In this document: positions 53,363 through 63,297 of the stretch, piece by piece
How the letters are laid out: the number at the start of each line of letters is the position of its first letter
Position numbering within the stretch: the stretch's first letter is position 1
NCBI GenBank assembly: GCA_046733275.1
Contig: JBKPOW010000052.1
Location: 486 to 64,485 of the forward strand
Length of the DNA stretch: 64,000 nt
Direction: 5' to 3'
From: Actinomycetota bacterium
GTDB taxonomy: Bacteria > Actinomycetota > Thermoleophilia > Solirubrobacterales > 70-9
Position numbers and translations under genes: made by a program
The notes under the pieces: generated by a model
What the model was told of the DNA's origin: nothing
What the model saw: the letters and a program-made list of their open reading frames with translations, nothing else
Database searches by the model: none

Positions 53363-53563
53363 ATGCCGAAGATGAAGACCCATTCCGGCGCCAAGAAGCG
53401 CTTCCGCAAGACCGCCAAGGGCAAGCTGCGTGGGCGGCGCGCCTACTCGAGCCACATCCTCGAGAAAAAGTCGCCGAAGCGCAAGCGGCAGATGGCGCGG
53501 CCGGTGGAGATCGCCAAGCCCGACCAGAAGCGCGTGCGGACCCTGCTCGGAGGCGGAAAGTGA
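53363..53563 (+). CDS. rpmI: Ribosomal protein L35
   Basis: [22 protein letters not shown]. Confidence 0.9.
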   Translation: MPKMKTHSGAKKRFRKTAKGKLRGRRAYSSHILEKKSPKRKRQMARPVEIAKPDQKRVRTLLGGGK

Positions 53564-53919
53564 GCCGGGTCAAGCGCTCAGTCCACGCCCGCAAGAAGCG
53601 GCGCAAGGTGCTGAAGGAAGCGAAGGGCTACTTCGGCCGCAAGCATTCCTCCTACCGCTTCGCCAAAGAGCAGGTGCAGCGCTCGGGGATGTACGCGTAC
53701 AGGGACCGGCGCAATCGTAAGCGCGAGTTCCGCCGCCTCTGGATCACCAGGATCAACGCCGCCGCACGGCTCGAGGGCATGAGCTACTCGCAGCTGATGC
53801 ACGGCCTCAACGAGGCCGGCGTCGAGGTTAACCGCAAGATGCTGGCCGAGATCGCGGTCTCCGACCGCGAGGCCTTCCGCCGATTCGTGGAGCTAGCCCG
53901 GGAGGGTGCGGCCGCCTAG
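53560..53919 (+). CDS. rplT: Ribosomal protein L20
   Basis: [41 protein letters not shown] overlap with rpmI. Confidence 0.95.
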   Translation: MSRVKRSVHARKKRRKVLKEAKGYFGRKHSSYRFAKEQVQRSGMYAYRDRRNRKREFRRLWITRINAAARLEGMSYSQLMHGLNEAGVEVNRKMLAEIAVSDREAFRRFVELAREGAAA

Positions 53920-54021
53920 CCGCAACCGACACTCCACTCTCCCGGGCGGGCCGTGAAGACGGCCCGCTTTTTGTTGTCGAGGAGTTCCAGGAGAAGGTAC
54001 GACCGAACCGAACGAACACGA

Positions 54022-54735
54022 ATGATTTCCAGCCCCCACAACGAGAAGCTGAAGCTGGTGCGCAAGCTGCGCGAGCGCAGGCAGCGCGAGCGCGAGGGCC
54101 TGTTCGCCACCGAGGGCGAGGATCTGGTCGAGGCCGGCCTGGCGGCCGGCGCCGAGCCGCGCTTCGTCCTCGTCGCCGCGGGCAGCGGCCTCGCCGGCGA
54201 GGAGGTCGAGCCGGAGCTGCTAGACGGCGTTTCGGCGCTCGGCTCGGGGACGCGAGCGATCGCCGTCTGGCCGCAGGCCTGGGTCGCCGAGGCGAGGCCG
54301 CCCTGCGTCTACCTGCACAGCGTCACCGATCCCGGCAACGTCGGCGCGATCGTCCGCACCGCGCACGGGCTGCTCGGCGGCACCGTCGTGCTCGGCCCGG
54401 GTTGCGCCGACCCCTTCGGGCCGAAGGCGGTGCGGGCGAGCATGGGCTCGATCTTCGGTCAACCGCTGCTGCGCGCCGGCGTCGAGGCGACGCCGGCGCC
54501 GCGGGCCGCGCTGGTCGCCCACGGCGGGGCGGCGCCCGAGGCGCTGAACGGTGCGGCGACCCTCTGCCTCGGCGCCGAGCGCGAGGGTCTCCCGGCCGAG
54601 GTGCTGGCGGAATGCGAGATCGAGGCGACGATCCCCTTGCGCCCCGGTGGGGCCGAGTCGCTCAACGTCGCCGCTGCGGCGGCAATCGCCTGCGAGCGGC
54701 TATCGTCGCCCGCCATGCGGGAGGCGGCCAAATGA
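54022..54735 (+). CDS. TrmH/SpoU-family RNA 2'-O-methyltransferase
   Basis: DPGNVGAIVRTA, LGAEREGLP and ESLNVAAAAAI. Confidence 0.8.
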   Translation: MISSPHNEKLKLVRKLRERRQREREGLFATEGEDLVEAGLAAGAEPRFVLVAAGSGLAGEEVEPELLDGVSALGSGTRAIAVWPQAWVAEARPPCVYLHSVTDPGNVGAIVRTAHGLLGGTVVLGPGCADPFGPKAVRASMGSIFGQPLLRAGVEATPAPRAALVAHGGAAPEALNGAATLCLGAEREGLPAEVLAECEIEATIPLRPGGAESLNVAAAAAIACERLSSPAMREAAK

Positions 54736-55793
54736 CGCTCGAGCGGATCGAGGCGATCGAGGCGGAGGCGAGCGCCGCGATCGAGGCCGCCGCCGGCACC
54801 GCCGAGCTGGAGGAGCTGCGGGTGCGCTACCTCGGCCGCAAAGCCGAGCTGACCTCGATCCTGCGCGGCATCGCCGATCTGCCACAAGAGGAACGGGGCA
54901 AGGTCGGCGGCGGCGCCAACCGCGCCCAGAAGAGCCTGGAGGAGTTGCTCGAGCGGCGCTCCGCCGAGCTCGACTCGGCTGAGCTGGAAGAGCGGCTGGC
55001 GAGCGACCGGGTCGACGTCACCCTGCCGGGCGCCCCCGTCCGCCCGCCCGGGCACCTGCACCTGATCACCCGCACGACGCGGCAGATCGAAGACACGATG
55101 ATCGGCCTCGGCTACCGCGTGGTCGACGGGCCGGAGATCGAGCACGACTACTACAACTTCACCGCGCTCAACCACCCGCCGGGCCATCCCGCGCGGATGC
55201 TGCAGGACACCTTCTACATCCAGTCCCACCCGGACGTGCTGCTGCGCACCCACACCTCGCCGGTGCAGATCCGCGCGATGGAGGCGCAGCCGCCGCCGAT
55301 CTTCGTGATCGTCCCCGGCAAGGTCTACCGGCGCGACTCGGACGCCACCCACAGCCCAATGTTCCACCAGGTGGAGGGGCTGGCGATCGGCGAGGGGATC
55401 ACCCTGGCCGACCTGCAGGGCACCCTGGAAGAGATGCTGAAGGCGATCTTCGGCGCCGGCCGCGAGGCGCGCATGCGGCCCCACTTCTTCCCCTTCACCG
55501 AGCCCAGCGTCGAGTTCGACGTCTCCTGCTTCCAGTGCGAGGGCAGCGGCGAGCTCGCCGAAGGGGAGCGCTGCAATCTCTGCAAGGGCCAGGGCTGGAT
55601 CGAGATCGGCGGCGCCGGCATGGTCGATCCCAACGTGCTCGGCTTCGTCGCCGAGGACGGCTACGACCCCGAGCGGGTGCAGGGCTTCGCCTTCGGCATG
55701 GGGGTCGAGCGGATCGCGATGCTGCGCCACGGCGTGCCCGACCTGCGGCGCTTCTTCGACAACGACGTGCGCATGCTGGAGCAGTTCTCATGA
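54732..55793 (+). CDS. pheS: Phenylalanine--tRNA ligase alpha subunit
   Basis: HPARMLQDTFY, LRTHTSPVQIR, FHQVEG and FGMGVERIAMLRHG. Confidence 0.95.
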   Translation: MTLERIEAIEAEASAAIEAAAGTAELEELRVRYLGRKAELTSILRGIADLPQEERGKVGGGANRAQKSLEELLERRSAELDSAELEERLASDRVDVTLPGAPVRPPGHLHLITRTTRQIEDTMIGLGYRVVDGPEIEHDYYNFTALNHPPGHPARMLQDTFYIQSHPDVLLRTHTSPVQIRAMEAQPPPIFVIVPGKVYRRDSDATHSPMFHQVEGLAIGEGITLADLQGTLEEMLKAIFGAGREARMRPHFFPFTEPSVEFDVSCFQCEGSGELAEGERCNLCKGQGWIEIGGAGMVDPNVLGFVAEDGYDPERVQGFAFGMGVERIAMLRHGVPDLRRFFDNDVRMLEQFS

Positions 55794-58228
55794 GGGTGCC
55801 GTACTCATGGCTGCGCGAGTACTGCGATCCCGGGATGGGCGCGCGCGAGCTGGCGGAGCGGCTGGCGATGACCGGCACCGAGGTCGAGCGGGTCGGGACC
55901 GCCGGGCCGCCGGCCGCCGAGGGCTTCGTCGTCGGCCGCGTGGTCGAGCGCGAGAAGCACCCCAATGCCGACCGGCTCAGCGTCTGCGCGGTCGACGTCG
56001 GCGAGGGCGAGCCGCGCACGATCGTCTGCGGCGCGCCCAACGTCGACGCCGGCCAGACGGTGCCGGTGGCGCTGCCCGGCGCGACGATGCCGGACGGCGA
56101 GAAGCTGGGCGAAGCGAAGCTGCGCGGGGTCAGGTCCTCAGGGATGATCCTCTCCGCCGCCGAGCTCGAGATCGCCGAGGAGTCGGACGGGATCATGGTC
56201 TTGGAGGACGGCGTGGCGCCGGGAACGGCGCTGGCCGAAGTACTGCCGATCGCCGAGCCGGTGCTCGAGCTTGAGGTGACCCCCAACCGGGTCGATTGCT
56301 TCGGCGTCTACGGCGTCGCCCGCGAGGTGCACGCGATCAGCGCCGCGCCGCTGGCGACCGAGCCATGGGCGGAGGACGCGCCTGCGGAAGGGCTTGGTCA
56401 GGTCAGCCAGTTCGCCTCGGTCACTGTGGAGGCGCCCGAGCTCTGCCCCCGCTTCACCGCACGCGTCTTCACCGACGTCGAGGTCGGCCCGTCGCCGGCC
56501 TGGCTGCAGGCACGCCTCAGCGCCGCCGGCCAGCGCCCGATCAACAACGTCGTCGACATCACCAACTACGTGATGCTTTTGACCGCGCAGCCGCTGCACG
56601 CCTTCGACCTCGACAAGGTGCCGGGCGGGGCGCTGACCGTGCGCACCGCGGCCGAGGGGGAGAAGATGACCACGCTTGACGAGGTCGAGCGGACCTTCGA
56701 CGCCGAGACGGTCCTCGTCTGCGACAGCAACGGCCCCTCCGGCATCGCCGGGATCATGGGCGGCCAGACGTCGGAGGTCTCAGCCGCGACGACCCGCGTC
56801 CTGCTCGAGGTGGCGAACTGGAACGGGACCAACATCCTGCGCACCTCGCGCCTGCTCGGCCTGCGCTCCGAGGCTTCGTCGCGCTTCGAGAAGCAGCTCC
56901 ACCCGGAGCTCTGCATGCGGGCGCAGCGGATCGCCTCGCGGCTGATGGTCGAGCTTTGCGGGGCAAAGCTCATGCCGGGGACGATCGACGTTGCCGCCGA
57001 GCCGCCAACGCTCTCGCGGCTCCGCCTGCGGGGTAAGCGGGTCGAGGACCTGCTCGGCATGCGGATGGCGCAGACCGACGAGGTCGTCTATTTGGAGCGG
57101 CTCGGCTTCAGCGCCTTCCCTGAGGACGGCGACGTCGTCGTCGAGGTGCCGCCCGATCGCCACTACGACGTGACTCGTGAGATCGACCTGATCGAGGAGG
57201 TGGCGCGGGTCCACGGCCTCGACGAGCATCTGCCCTCGACCCTGCCCGCCGAGGCTGCCCAGGCTGGCGGTTTGCGGCGCGACCAGCGGCTGCGGCGGCG
57301 GGCCGAGGACGCTCTGCGAGACCTCGGCTTCGACGAGATCGTCGGCTGGAGCTTCACCGACCCAGGCGAGGCGGAACGGTTGCGGATTCACGACGACGAC
57401 CCCCGGGCGAGCGGGGTGGCGATATCCAACGCACTCTCCGAGGACCAGTCGGTAATGCGCACGACCCTGCTCGGCTCGCTCTTGGGCGCCGCGCGGGGGA
57501 ACCTGGCGCGCGACGCCGAGCGCGTCGCCCTCTTCGAGTCGGGGCGCGTGTATCTACCCGCCCCCGAGGTGGGGGAATTCGTCGGCGAGCGGCCGGCGCC
57601 ATTCGCCGAGCCGCACCGGCTCGGCTGCATTGCCACCGGCCCGGCGCCGAAGAGCTGGCGGGGGGGCGGCGAGGCGGGGGACTTCTTCGCGCTCAAAGGC
57701 GTGCTGGAAGGCCTCGCGGCACGGCTCGGCGCGAGTCTCTCGTTCGTTCCGGCGCGCGAGCCCTTCCTCCATCCCGGCCGCGCTGCGAGGGTGCTCGCCG
57801 GCGAGGCCGAGGCCGGCTGGATCGGCGAGGTCCACCCGCTCGTCTGCCGCGTCTGGGACCTGGCGGAGGCGAGCGCCTTCGAAATCGACCTCGCGGCCCT
57901 GGTCGGCGCCTCCGACGCCGGCGAGGAGCTCTTCGAGGACGTGACCACCTTCCCGTCCGTGCGCCAGGACATCGCCGCGGTCGTCCCCGACGACGTCTCA
58001 GCGGCCCAGGTGCGCGCCGCGGTCCTCGCCGGCGGCGGCGAGCTGCTGCGGGCGGCCGAGGTGTTCGACCTCTACGAGGGAGAGCAACTGGGGGAGGGGC
58101 GCAAGAGCCTCGCCCTGCGGCTCGAGTTCCGCGCCGCCGACCGCACCCTCACCGACGAGGAGGTCGCCGAGCTGCGCGTCGCGATCGAGGCCGAGCTGAA
58201 GCAGATCGGAGGGGAGCTGCGTGGCTGA
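55790..58228 (+). CDS. pheT: Phenylalanine--tRNA ligase beta subunit
   Basis: MRVPYSWLREYCD, tRNA-binding domain (HPNADRLSVC), and B3/4, B5 and FDX-ACB regions. Confidence 0.95.
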   Translation: MRVPYSWLREYCDPGMGARELAERLAMTGTEVERVGTAGPPAAEGFVVGRVVEREKHPNADRLSVCAVDVGEGEPRTIVCGAPNVDAGQTVPVALPGATMPDGEKLGEAKLRGVRSSGMILSAAELEIAEESDGIMVLEDGVAPGTALAEVLPIAEPVLELEVTPNRVDCFGVYGVAREVHAISAAPLATEPWAEDAPAEGLGQVSQFASVTVEAPELCPRFTARVFTDVEVGPSPAWLQARLSAAGQRPINNVVDITNYVMLLTAQPLHAFDLDKVPGGALTVRTAAEGEKMTTLDEVERTFDAETVLVCDSNGPSGIAGIMGGQTSEVSAATTRVLLEVANWNGTNILRTSRLLGLRSEASSRFEKQLHPELCMRAQRIASRLMVELCGAKLMPGTIDVAAEPPTLSRLRLRGKRVEDLLGMRMAQTDEVVYLERLGFSAFPEDGDVVVEVPPDRHYDVTREIDLIEEVARVHGLDEHLPSTLPAEAAQAGGLRRDQRLRRRAEDALRDLGFDEIVGWSFTDPGEAERLRIHDDDPRASGVAISNALSEDQSVMRTTLLGSLLGAARGNLARDAERVALFESGRVYLPAPEVGEFVGERPAPFAEPHRLGCIATGPAPKSWRGGGEAGDFFALKGVLEGLAARLGASLSFVPAREPFLHPGRAARVLAGEAEAGWIGEVHPLVCRVWDLAEASAFEIDLAALVGASDAGEELFEDVTTFPSVRQDIAAVVPDDVSAAQVRAAVLAGGGELLRAAEVFDLYEGEQLGEGRKSLALRLEFRAADRTLTDEEVAELRVAIEAELKQIGGELRG

Positions 58229-59252
58229 TCGGAGCTCGCAACCGCTGGCGACCGGTTCCGCCGCGCGGGTCGTGGTCGCCGGGGCCTCGGGCTTCACCGG
58301 CGCCCTTGCCGCGCAGATCGTCTGGCGCCACCCGCGCATGGAGCTGGTCGCGGTTACCTCGCGCAGCGACGCCGGCACGCGGCTCGACCGGCTCTACCCG
58401 CGCTACCGGGTCCCGCTCGAGCTGACTGAGCTCGACCTTGATGCGTTGGAGGACGTCGACGCGGCGATCGTCGCCTACCCGCACGGCGCCTCGGCGCCGA
58501 CCGTCGCCGCGCTGCGCGAGCGCGGCATCGTCGTCGCCGACCTCTCGGCCGACTTCCGCCTGCGCAACCGGGACACCTACGAGCGCTGGTACGGCGAGCA
58601 CGGCGCTTCCGACCTCTTCGGCGGCGCCGTCTACGGCCTCACCGAGATGTACCGGGACGAGCTGCGCGAGGCGAAGCTGGTCGCCGTGCCCGGCTGCTAC
58701 CCGACCGCGAGCGTGCTGGCGCTGGCGCCACTGGCCGAGCGTGGCCTGCTGGCCGACGTCGTGATCGACGCCAAGCAGGGCGTCTCCGGCGCCGGGCGCG
58801 GCGGCGGCGACGCGATGCACTACGCCAACATGGACGAGAACGCCTTCCCCTACAAGACCGAGGGCCACCGCCACCGGCCCGAGATCGAACAGGAGCTGGC
58901 GGCACTCGGCGGCGAGACGCCGGTCACCTTCGTCCCGCACCTGCTGCCGCTCGACCAGGGCGAGCTGACCAGCTGCTACGCCCAGCTGAGCGAGCCGATC
59001 TCCAAACAGGAGGTGCAGGCGCTCTACGCCGAGCGCTACGCCGGCGAGCCCTTCGTCCACGCGGTCGAGCGGCCGCCCGGCCTACGTGACGTGCGCGATA
59101 CGAACGATTGCCACGTCTACGTCACGGTCGAGGAGCGCGGCCGGGTCCTGGCCTTCTCCGCCCTCGACAACCTCTGGAAGGGGGCGTCGGGGCAGGCCGT
59201 GCAGTGCCTCAACCTGATGCTGAGCTTCGACGAGACGGAGGGACTGCTGTGA
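58221..59252 (+). CDS. argC: N-acetyl-gamma-glutamyl-phosphate reductase
   Basis: GASGFTG and AVPGCYPTA (active-site Cys). Confidence 0.93.
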   Translation: MADRSSQPLATGSAARVVVAGASGFTGALAAQIVWRHPRMELVAVTSRSDAGTRLDRLYPRYRVPLELTELDLDALEDVDAAIVAYPHGASAPTVAALRERGIVVADLSADFRLRNRDTYERWYGEHGASDLFGGAVYGLTEMYRDELREAKLVAVPGCYPTASVLALAPLAERGLLADVVIDAKQGVSGAGRGGGDAMHYANMDENAFPYKTEGHRHRPEIEQELAALGGETPVTFVPHLLPLDQGELTSCYAQLSEPISKQEVQALYAERYAGEPFVHAVERPPGLRDVRDTNDCHVYVTVEERGRVLAFSALDNLWKGASGQAVQCLNLMLSFDETEGLL

Positions 59253-60427
59253 CGTCCCCCGCGGACACCAGGGCCTTCTTCGGATCGCGCTGGGTCGAGC
59301 CGCCCGCCGGGGTCGAGGAACTCGATCCCGCGGCGCTCGCGCCCGGCTTCGAGGCCGGCGCGGTCGCCTGCGGGCTCAAGCCGAGTGGAAACACGGACGC
59401 CGCCGTGATCGTCGCACGGTCGGCGCGCTGCGACTCCGCCCTGCTGATGACCCGGAATGCCGCCGCGGCGGCGCCCGTTCGGCTTTGTCGAGAGGTCTGC
59501 GACTTCAAGCGGATTCGCGCAGCCGCCGTGAAGGCGGGCAACGCCAACGCGGCGACCGGCGAGCAAGGAATGCGGGACGCTGTCGATATCCAGCAGGCGA
59601 CTGCCGAGGAGCTGGGCCTTGACCCATCCGCCGTTGCGATCGCCGCCACCGGCAAGATCGGCGAGGCGTTGCCGATGGACAAGGTCCTAGACGGAATACG
59701 ACGGGCATCGAACGTCGTGCGTGCCGACGGTGGGGAAGAGTTCGGGCGGGCAATCATGACCACGGATGCGTTCCCGAAGCAGTGCACCGTGCGCTGCGAT
59801 GGAGTGACTCTCTCCGCGCAGGCAAAGGGCGCCGGGATGATCCAACCGGGCTTCGCGACCATGCTCTGCTTCGTCCAGACGGATGCGCTGATCGACGACG
59901 ACCCCGAAACATTGTTACGCCCAGCGGCGGGCTCGTCCTTCGAGCGGATAACCGTCGATGGACAGATGAGCACCAACGACCTCGTGCTGTTGCAGGCAAG
60001 CGGCGAGTCAGGCCGGTCACTGCCGACTGGGCTCTTGGACGCGGTCCTGCTGCAGTTGGCACTGCTGATCGTCGCTGACGGCGAGGGGGCGACGCGGGTT
60101 GGGCGCATCCAGGTGATGAACGCCACGACCGACGCAGAGGCTGAGGTGATCGCCAGGGCTATCGCCAACTCGCCTTTGGTCAAGACGGCCCTATTCGGCC
60201 GCGACCCCAACGGCTGGGGGCGCGTCGCGCAGGCCGCAGGGATGGCATTGGCCGGCGAGGAGTTGCCCGAGCTGGGACTTGATCACATAGATGTGAGCGA
60301 GTTCGCGAGCGACTCAGCGGAGGTGGAGCTCTCGCTTCGCCTGGACAGAGGTGAAGGAAGCGCCCACGTCTACTTCTCCGACCTGGGCTACGAGTACGTG
60401 CGGATCAACGCCGAGTACACCACCTGA
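59249..60427 (+). CDS. argJ: Bifunctional ornithine acetyltransferase/N-acetylglutamate synthase
   Basis: KPSGNTDAAV, GFATMLCFVQTDA (autocleavage TML) and GRDPNWG-like GRDPNGWGR. Confidence 0.93.
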   Translation: MTSPADTRAFFGSRWVEPPAGVEELDPAALAPGFEAGAVACGLKPSGNTDAAVIVARSARCDSALLMTRNAAAAAPVRLCREVCDFKRIRAAAVKAGNANAATGEQGMRDAVDIQQATAEELGLDPSAVAIAATGKIGEALPMDKVLDGIRRASNVVRADGGEEFGRAIMTTDAFPKQCTVRCDGVTLSAQAKGAGMIQPGFATMLCFVQTDALIDDDPETLLRPAAGSSFERITVDGQMSTNDLVLLQASGESGRSLPTGLLDAVLLQLALLIVADGEGATRVGRIQVMNATTDAEAEVIARAIANSPLVKTALFGRDPNGWGRVAQAAGMALAGEELPELGLDHIDVSEFASDSAEVELSLRLDRGEGSAHVYFSDLGYEYVRINAEYTT

Positions 60428-60436
60428 GTCGAGCGG

Positions 60437-61273
60437 ATGAGCAACGTCGAGACCCTGCTGGAGGCGCTGCCGTACATCACCGAGTTCCACGGCCGCCGGG
60501 TGGTGATCAAGTACGGCGGCGCGGCGATGCGCGAGGCGCCGCTGCGCGAGGACTTCGCCACCGACGTCGTCCTGCTCAAGTACGTCGGGCTCGATCCGGT
60601 GATCGTCCACGGCGGCGGGCCCGAGATCTCGCAGTACATGGAGCGGCTCGGGATCGAGGTCAAGTTCCACGAGGGCCTGCGTGTCTCCGACGCGGAGACG
60701 GTCGAGGTGGCGAAAATGGTCCTGCGCGGCAAGCTCAACTCGGAGATCGTCCGCCTGCTCAACCGGCACGGGCAGCCCGCGGTCGGCATCTCCGGCGAGG
60801 ACGGCTCCCTCTTCGAGGTCGCGCCGGTCGCCAACACAGACCAGGTCGGCTTCGTCGGCACGGTCGAGCACGTCGACGTCGAGCTGATCAATCACATCGC
60901 CGACGACTACATCCCGGTGATCGCATCCTCCGCCACCGACCACGACGGGCAGCCCTACAACGTCAACGCCGACGAGGCCGCGGGCAAGGTGGCGGCGGGA
61001 ATCGACGCCTACAAGGCGATCTTCCTCACCGACGTCGAGGGCTGGCTCGCCGACCCCGCCGACGAGGGCTCGCTGATCGGCAAAGCCACGTTGGCCGAGG
61101 TGGAGGCGGCGCTGCCCGAGATCGGGGGCGGGATGCGGCCGAAGCTGCAGGCCTGCGTCGACGCTCTCCGCGGCGGCGCCGAGGCTGCTCACATCATCGA
61201 CGGGCGTGTGCCCCATAGCCTCCTGCTCGAGCTTTTCACCGACGCCGGCATCGGCACGATGGTGACTCCGTGA
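60437..61273 (+). CDS. argB: Acetylglutamate kinase
   Basis: VVIKYGGAAM, VIVHGGGPEI and YNVNADEAAG. Confidence 0.93.
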   Translation: MSNVETLLEALPYITEFHGRRVVIKYGGAAMREAPLREDFATDVVLLKYVGLDPVIVHGGGPEISQYMERLGIEVKFHEGLRVSDAETVEVAKMVLRGKLNSEIVRLLNRHGQPAVGISGEDGSLFEVAPVANTDQVGFVGTVEHVDVELINHIADDYIPVIASSATDHDGQPYNVNADEAAGKVAAGIDAYKAIFLTDVEGWLADPADEGSLIGKATLAEVEAALPEIGGGMRPKLQACVDALRGGAEAAHIIDGRVPHSLLLELFTDAGIGTMVTP

Positions 61274-61289
61274 GGGCAGGGCGAAATTC

Positions 61290-62480
61290 ATGAATTTCTC
61301 AGAGCTCAAAGAACTAGAGAACCGGTACCTGATGCAGACCTACCGCCGCGCGCCGGTCGAGTTCGTCCGCGGCGAGGGAACGCTGCTCTGGGACGCCGAG
61401 GGCAAGGAGTACCTCGACTTCCTCGCCGGCATCTCGGTCTGCTCGGTCGGCCACTGCCACCCGGCCATGGTCGAGGCGGTGCGCGAGCAGGCCGGCCGCC
61501 TGATGCACGTCTCCAACCTCTTCTACACCGAGCCGATGGTGCGGCTCGCCGAGCGGCTCTCCCGGTCGAGCCTGGGAGGGAGGGTCTTCCTCGCCAACTC
61601 CGGGACGGAGGCCAACGAGTGCGCGATCAAGGTCGCCCGCAAGCACGCCCACCGGCGCGGGGTGAGCAGCCCCGAGATCGTCAGCTTCGAGCGCGACTTC
61701 CACGGCCGCACCTACGGCGCCCTCTCGGCGACGCCGAAGCTGGCCGAGAACGAGGCACTGGGCCCGATGCTGCCCGGCTTCCGCGCGGTCCCCTTCGACG
61801 ACGCCGGCGCCCTGCGCGAGGCTGTCCACGAGGAGACCGCGGCGCTGCTGATCGAGCCGATCCAGGGCGAGTCGGGCGTCTACCCGCTGAGCGAGGAGAC
61901 GCTGCTCGCCGCGCGCGAGGCGTGCGACGAAGTCGGCGCGCTGCTGATCTTCGACGAGATCCAGACGGGCATGGGACGCACCGGCTCGCTCTGGGCCTAC
62001 CAGCAGACGCCGGTCCGGCCCGACCTCTTGACTAGCGCCAAGGCGCTCGGCGGCGGCCTCCCGGTCGGCGCCTGCGTCGCCTCGGAGGGGCTGGGAGAGG
62101 TGCTCGAGCCCGGCGACCACGCCTCGACCTTCGCCGGCGGGGCCGTCGTCTCCGCCGCCGCCCTCGCCGTGCTCGACCTGGTCGACGACGCCGCCCTCCT
62201 GCGGCGGGTGCGCGAGCTCGGGGCGGCCTTGCGCGAGCAGCTCCTCGCCGGCGAGGGGGTGGTCGAGGTGCGCGGCCGTGGCCTGATGCTGGGGGTGGGA
62301 CTGGCCCAGGGCATCGACGCCGACGCGGTCGGCGCCGACCTGCTGAGGCGCGGCCTGATCGTCAACGTCCCAGAGCCGGGCACCCTCCGCCTGCTGCCGC
62401 CGTTGACGGTCGATTCGGCCCAGATCGAGCGCGCCATTGCGCTGATCGGGGAATCGCTCCTAAGCTACGCACCTGCATGA
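61290..62480 (+). CDS. argD: Acetylornithine aminotransferase
   Basis: NSGTEANE, FDEIQTGMGRTG and TSAKALGGG (PLP Lys). Confidence 0.9.
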   Translation: MNFSELKELENRYLMQTYRRAPVEFVRGEGTLLWDAEGKEYLDFLAGISVCSVGHCHPAMVEAVREQAGRLMHVSNLFYTEPMVRLAERLSRSSLGGRVFLANSGTEANECAIKVARKHAHRRGVSSPEIVSFERDFHGRTYGALSATPKLAENEALGPMLPGFRAVPFDDAGALREAVHEETAALLIEPIQGESGVYPLSEETLLAAREACDEVGALLIFDEIQTGMGRTGSLWAYQQTPVRPDLLTSAKALGGGLPVGACVASEGLGEVLEPGDHASTFAGGAVVSAAALAVLDLVDDAALLRRVRELGAALREQLLAGEGVVEVRGRGLMLGVGLAQGIDADAVGADLLRRGLIVNVPEPGTLRLLPPLTVDSAQIERAIALIGESLLSYAPA

Positions 62481-62944
62481 GCGCAGAGAAGTCCCAGTCG
62501 GGAGGGCGACCGCCCTCGTCGGCCGCCGATGCGGCACAGCGCCTGGCGACGATCGTCGACGCGGCGGAGCGCGCCGCGGCGAGCGTGATCGACGACGCCG
62601 AGCGGCAGGCCCAGCAGCACCTGGAGGAAGCGCGCGAGCGCGCCGACCGGATGGTCGCCGAGCGCCTGCGCGAGCTGGCCGACGAGCTCGACCCGCCGGC
62701 CGCGGAGGAGCGCCGCGGCAACCACCTGAAGCCGGTCGCGGCGATCTCCGACGACGGCGAGGACGGCGAGGACGGCGAGCCGTTCGCCCCGCGTCGCTCC
62801 GGCTCGGCCGGCGCGCGCCTGCTGGCCACCCAGATGGCCGTCTCTGGCGCCGACCGCAGCGAGATCGAAGCGCGCCTGCGGCAAGGCTTCGACCTCGAGG
62901 ACACCGGCGAGATCCTCGACGCGATCCTGGGTCCTGAGGACTGA
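62477..62944 (+). CDS. Hypothetical acidic, helix-rich protein
   Basis: ATGA overlap with argD. No domain recognised. Confidence 0.5.
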   Translation: MSAEKSQSGGRPPSSAADAAQRLATIVDAAERAAASVIDDAERQAQQHLEEARERADRMVAERLRELADELDPPAAEERRGNHLKPVAAISDDGEDGEDGEPFAPRRSGSAGARLLATQMAVSGADRSEIEARLRQGFDLEDTGEILDAILGPED

Positions 62945-62949
62945 AGCGA

Positions 62950-63297
62950 GTGCACGACGACCCGACCCGGATCATGGGGCAGCCGGGCGATCCCGGCCAG
63001 CGCCCGCACGGCAACATGCGACTGCTGGTCGCCGGCCTGATCGCGGTGATCGTCGGCCTTGTCGTGGCGATCGCCGTGATCGCCTCCGACGACGACGGCG
63101 ACACCACCACGGCACCGGCGACGGTCACGACCGAACCGACCACCGGCGAGACGACGACGGAGCCGACGACGACCGAGACGACCACCACCGAGCCCACGAC
63201 GACCGAGGAAGAAACCACCGTCGAAACGACGACCGCGCCGCCGACCACCACTCCGGAAGCAGAAGAAAACACCAGCGGCGGCGTCCAGGCCGAATGA
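62950..63297 (+). CDS. Single-pass membrane protein with a Thr/Glu/Pro-rich tail
   Basis: TM segment LLVAGLIAVIVGLVVAIAVIA, then TTEPTTGETTTEPTTTETTTTEPTTTEEE. Confidence 0.5.
   Translation: MHDDPTRIMGQPGDPGQRPHGNMRLLVAGLIAVIVGLVVAIAVIASDDDGDTTTAPATVTTEPTTGETTTEPTTTETTTTEPTTTEEETTVETTTAPPTTTPEAEENTSGGVQAE

Noticed and set aside
49455-54735. T-box or other leaders upstream of thrS and pheS.
   Set aside because: thrS starts 3 nt after the preceding stop and pheS overlaps the preceding gene, which leaves no room for a leader RNA.
63100-63250. Short tandem repeats (ACC/ACG/GAG-rich) as a possible CRISPR or VNTR array.
   Set aside because: They are in-frame Thr/Glu/Pro low-complexity coding sequence of ORF 62950..63297, with no repeat-spacer organisation. 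No CRISPR-like array was seen anywhere in the window.
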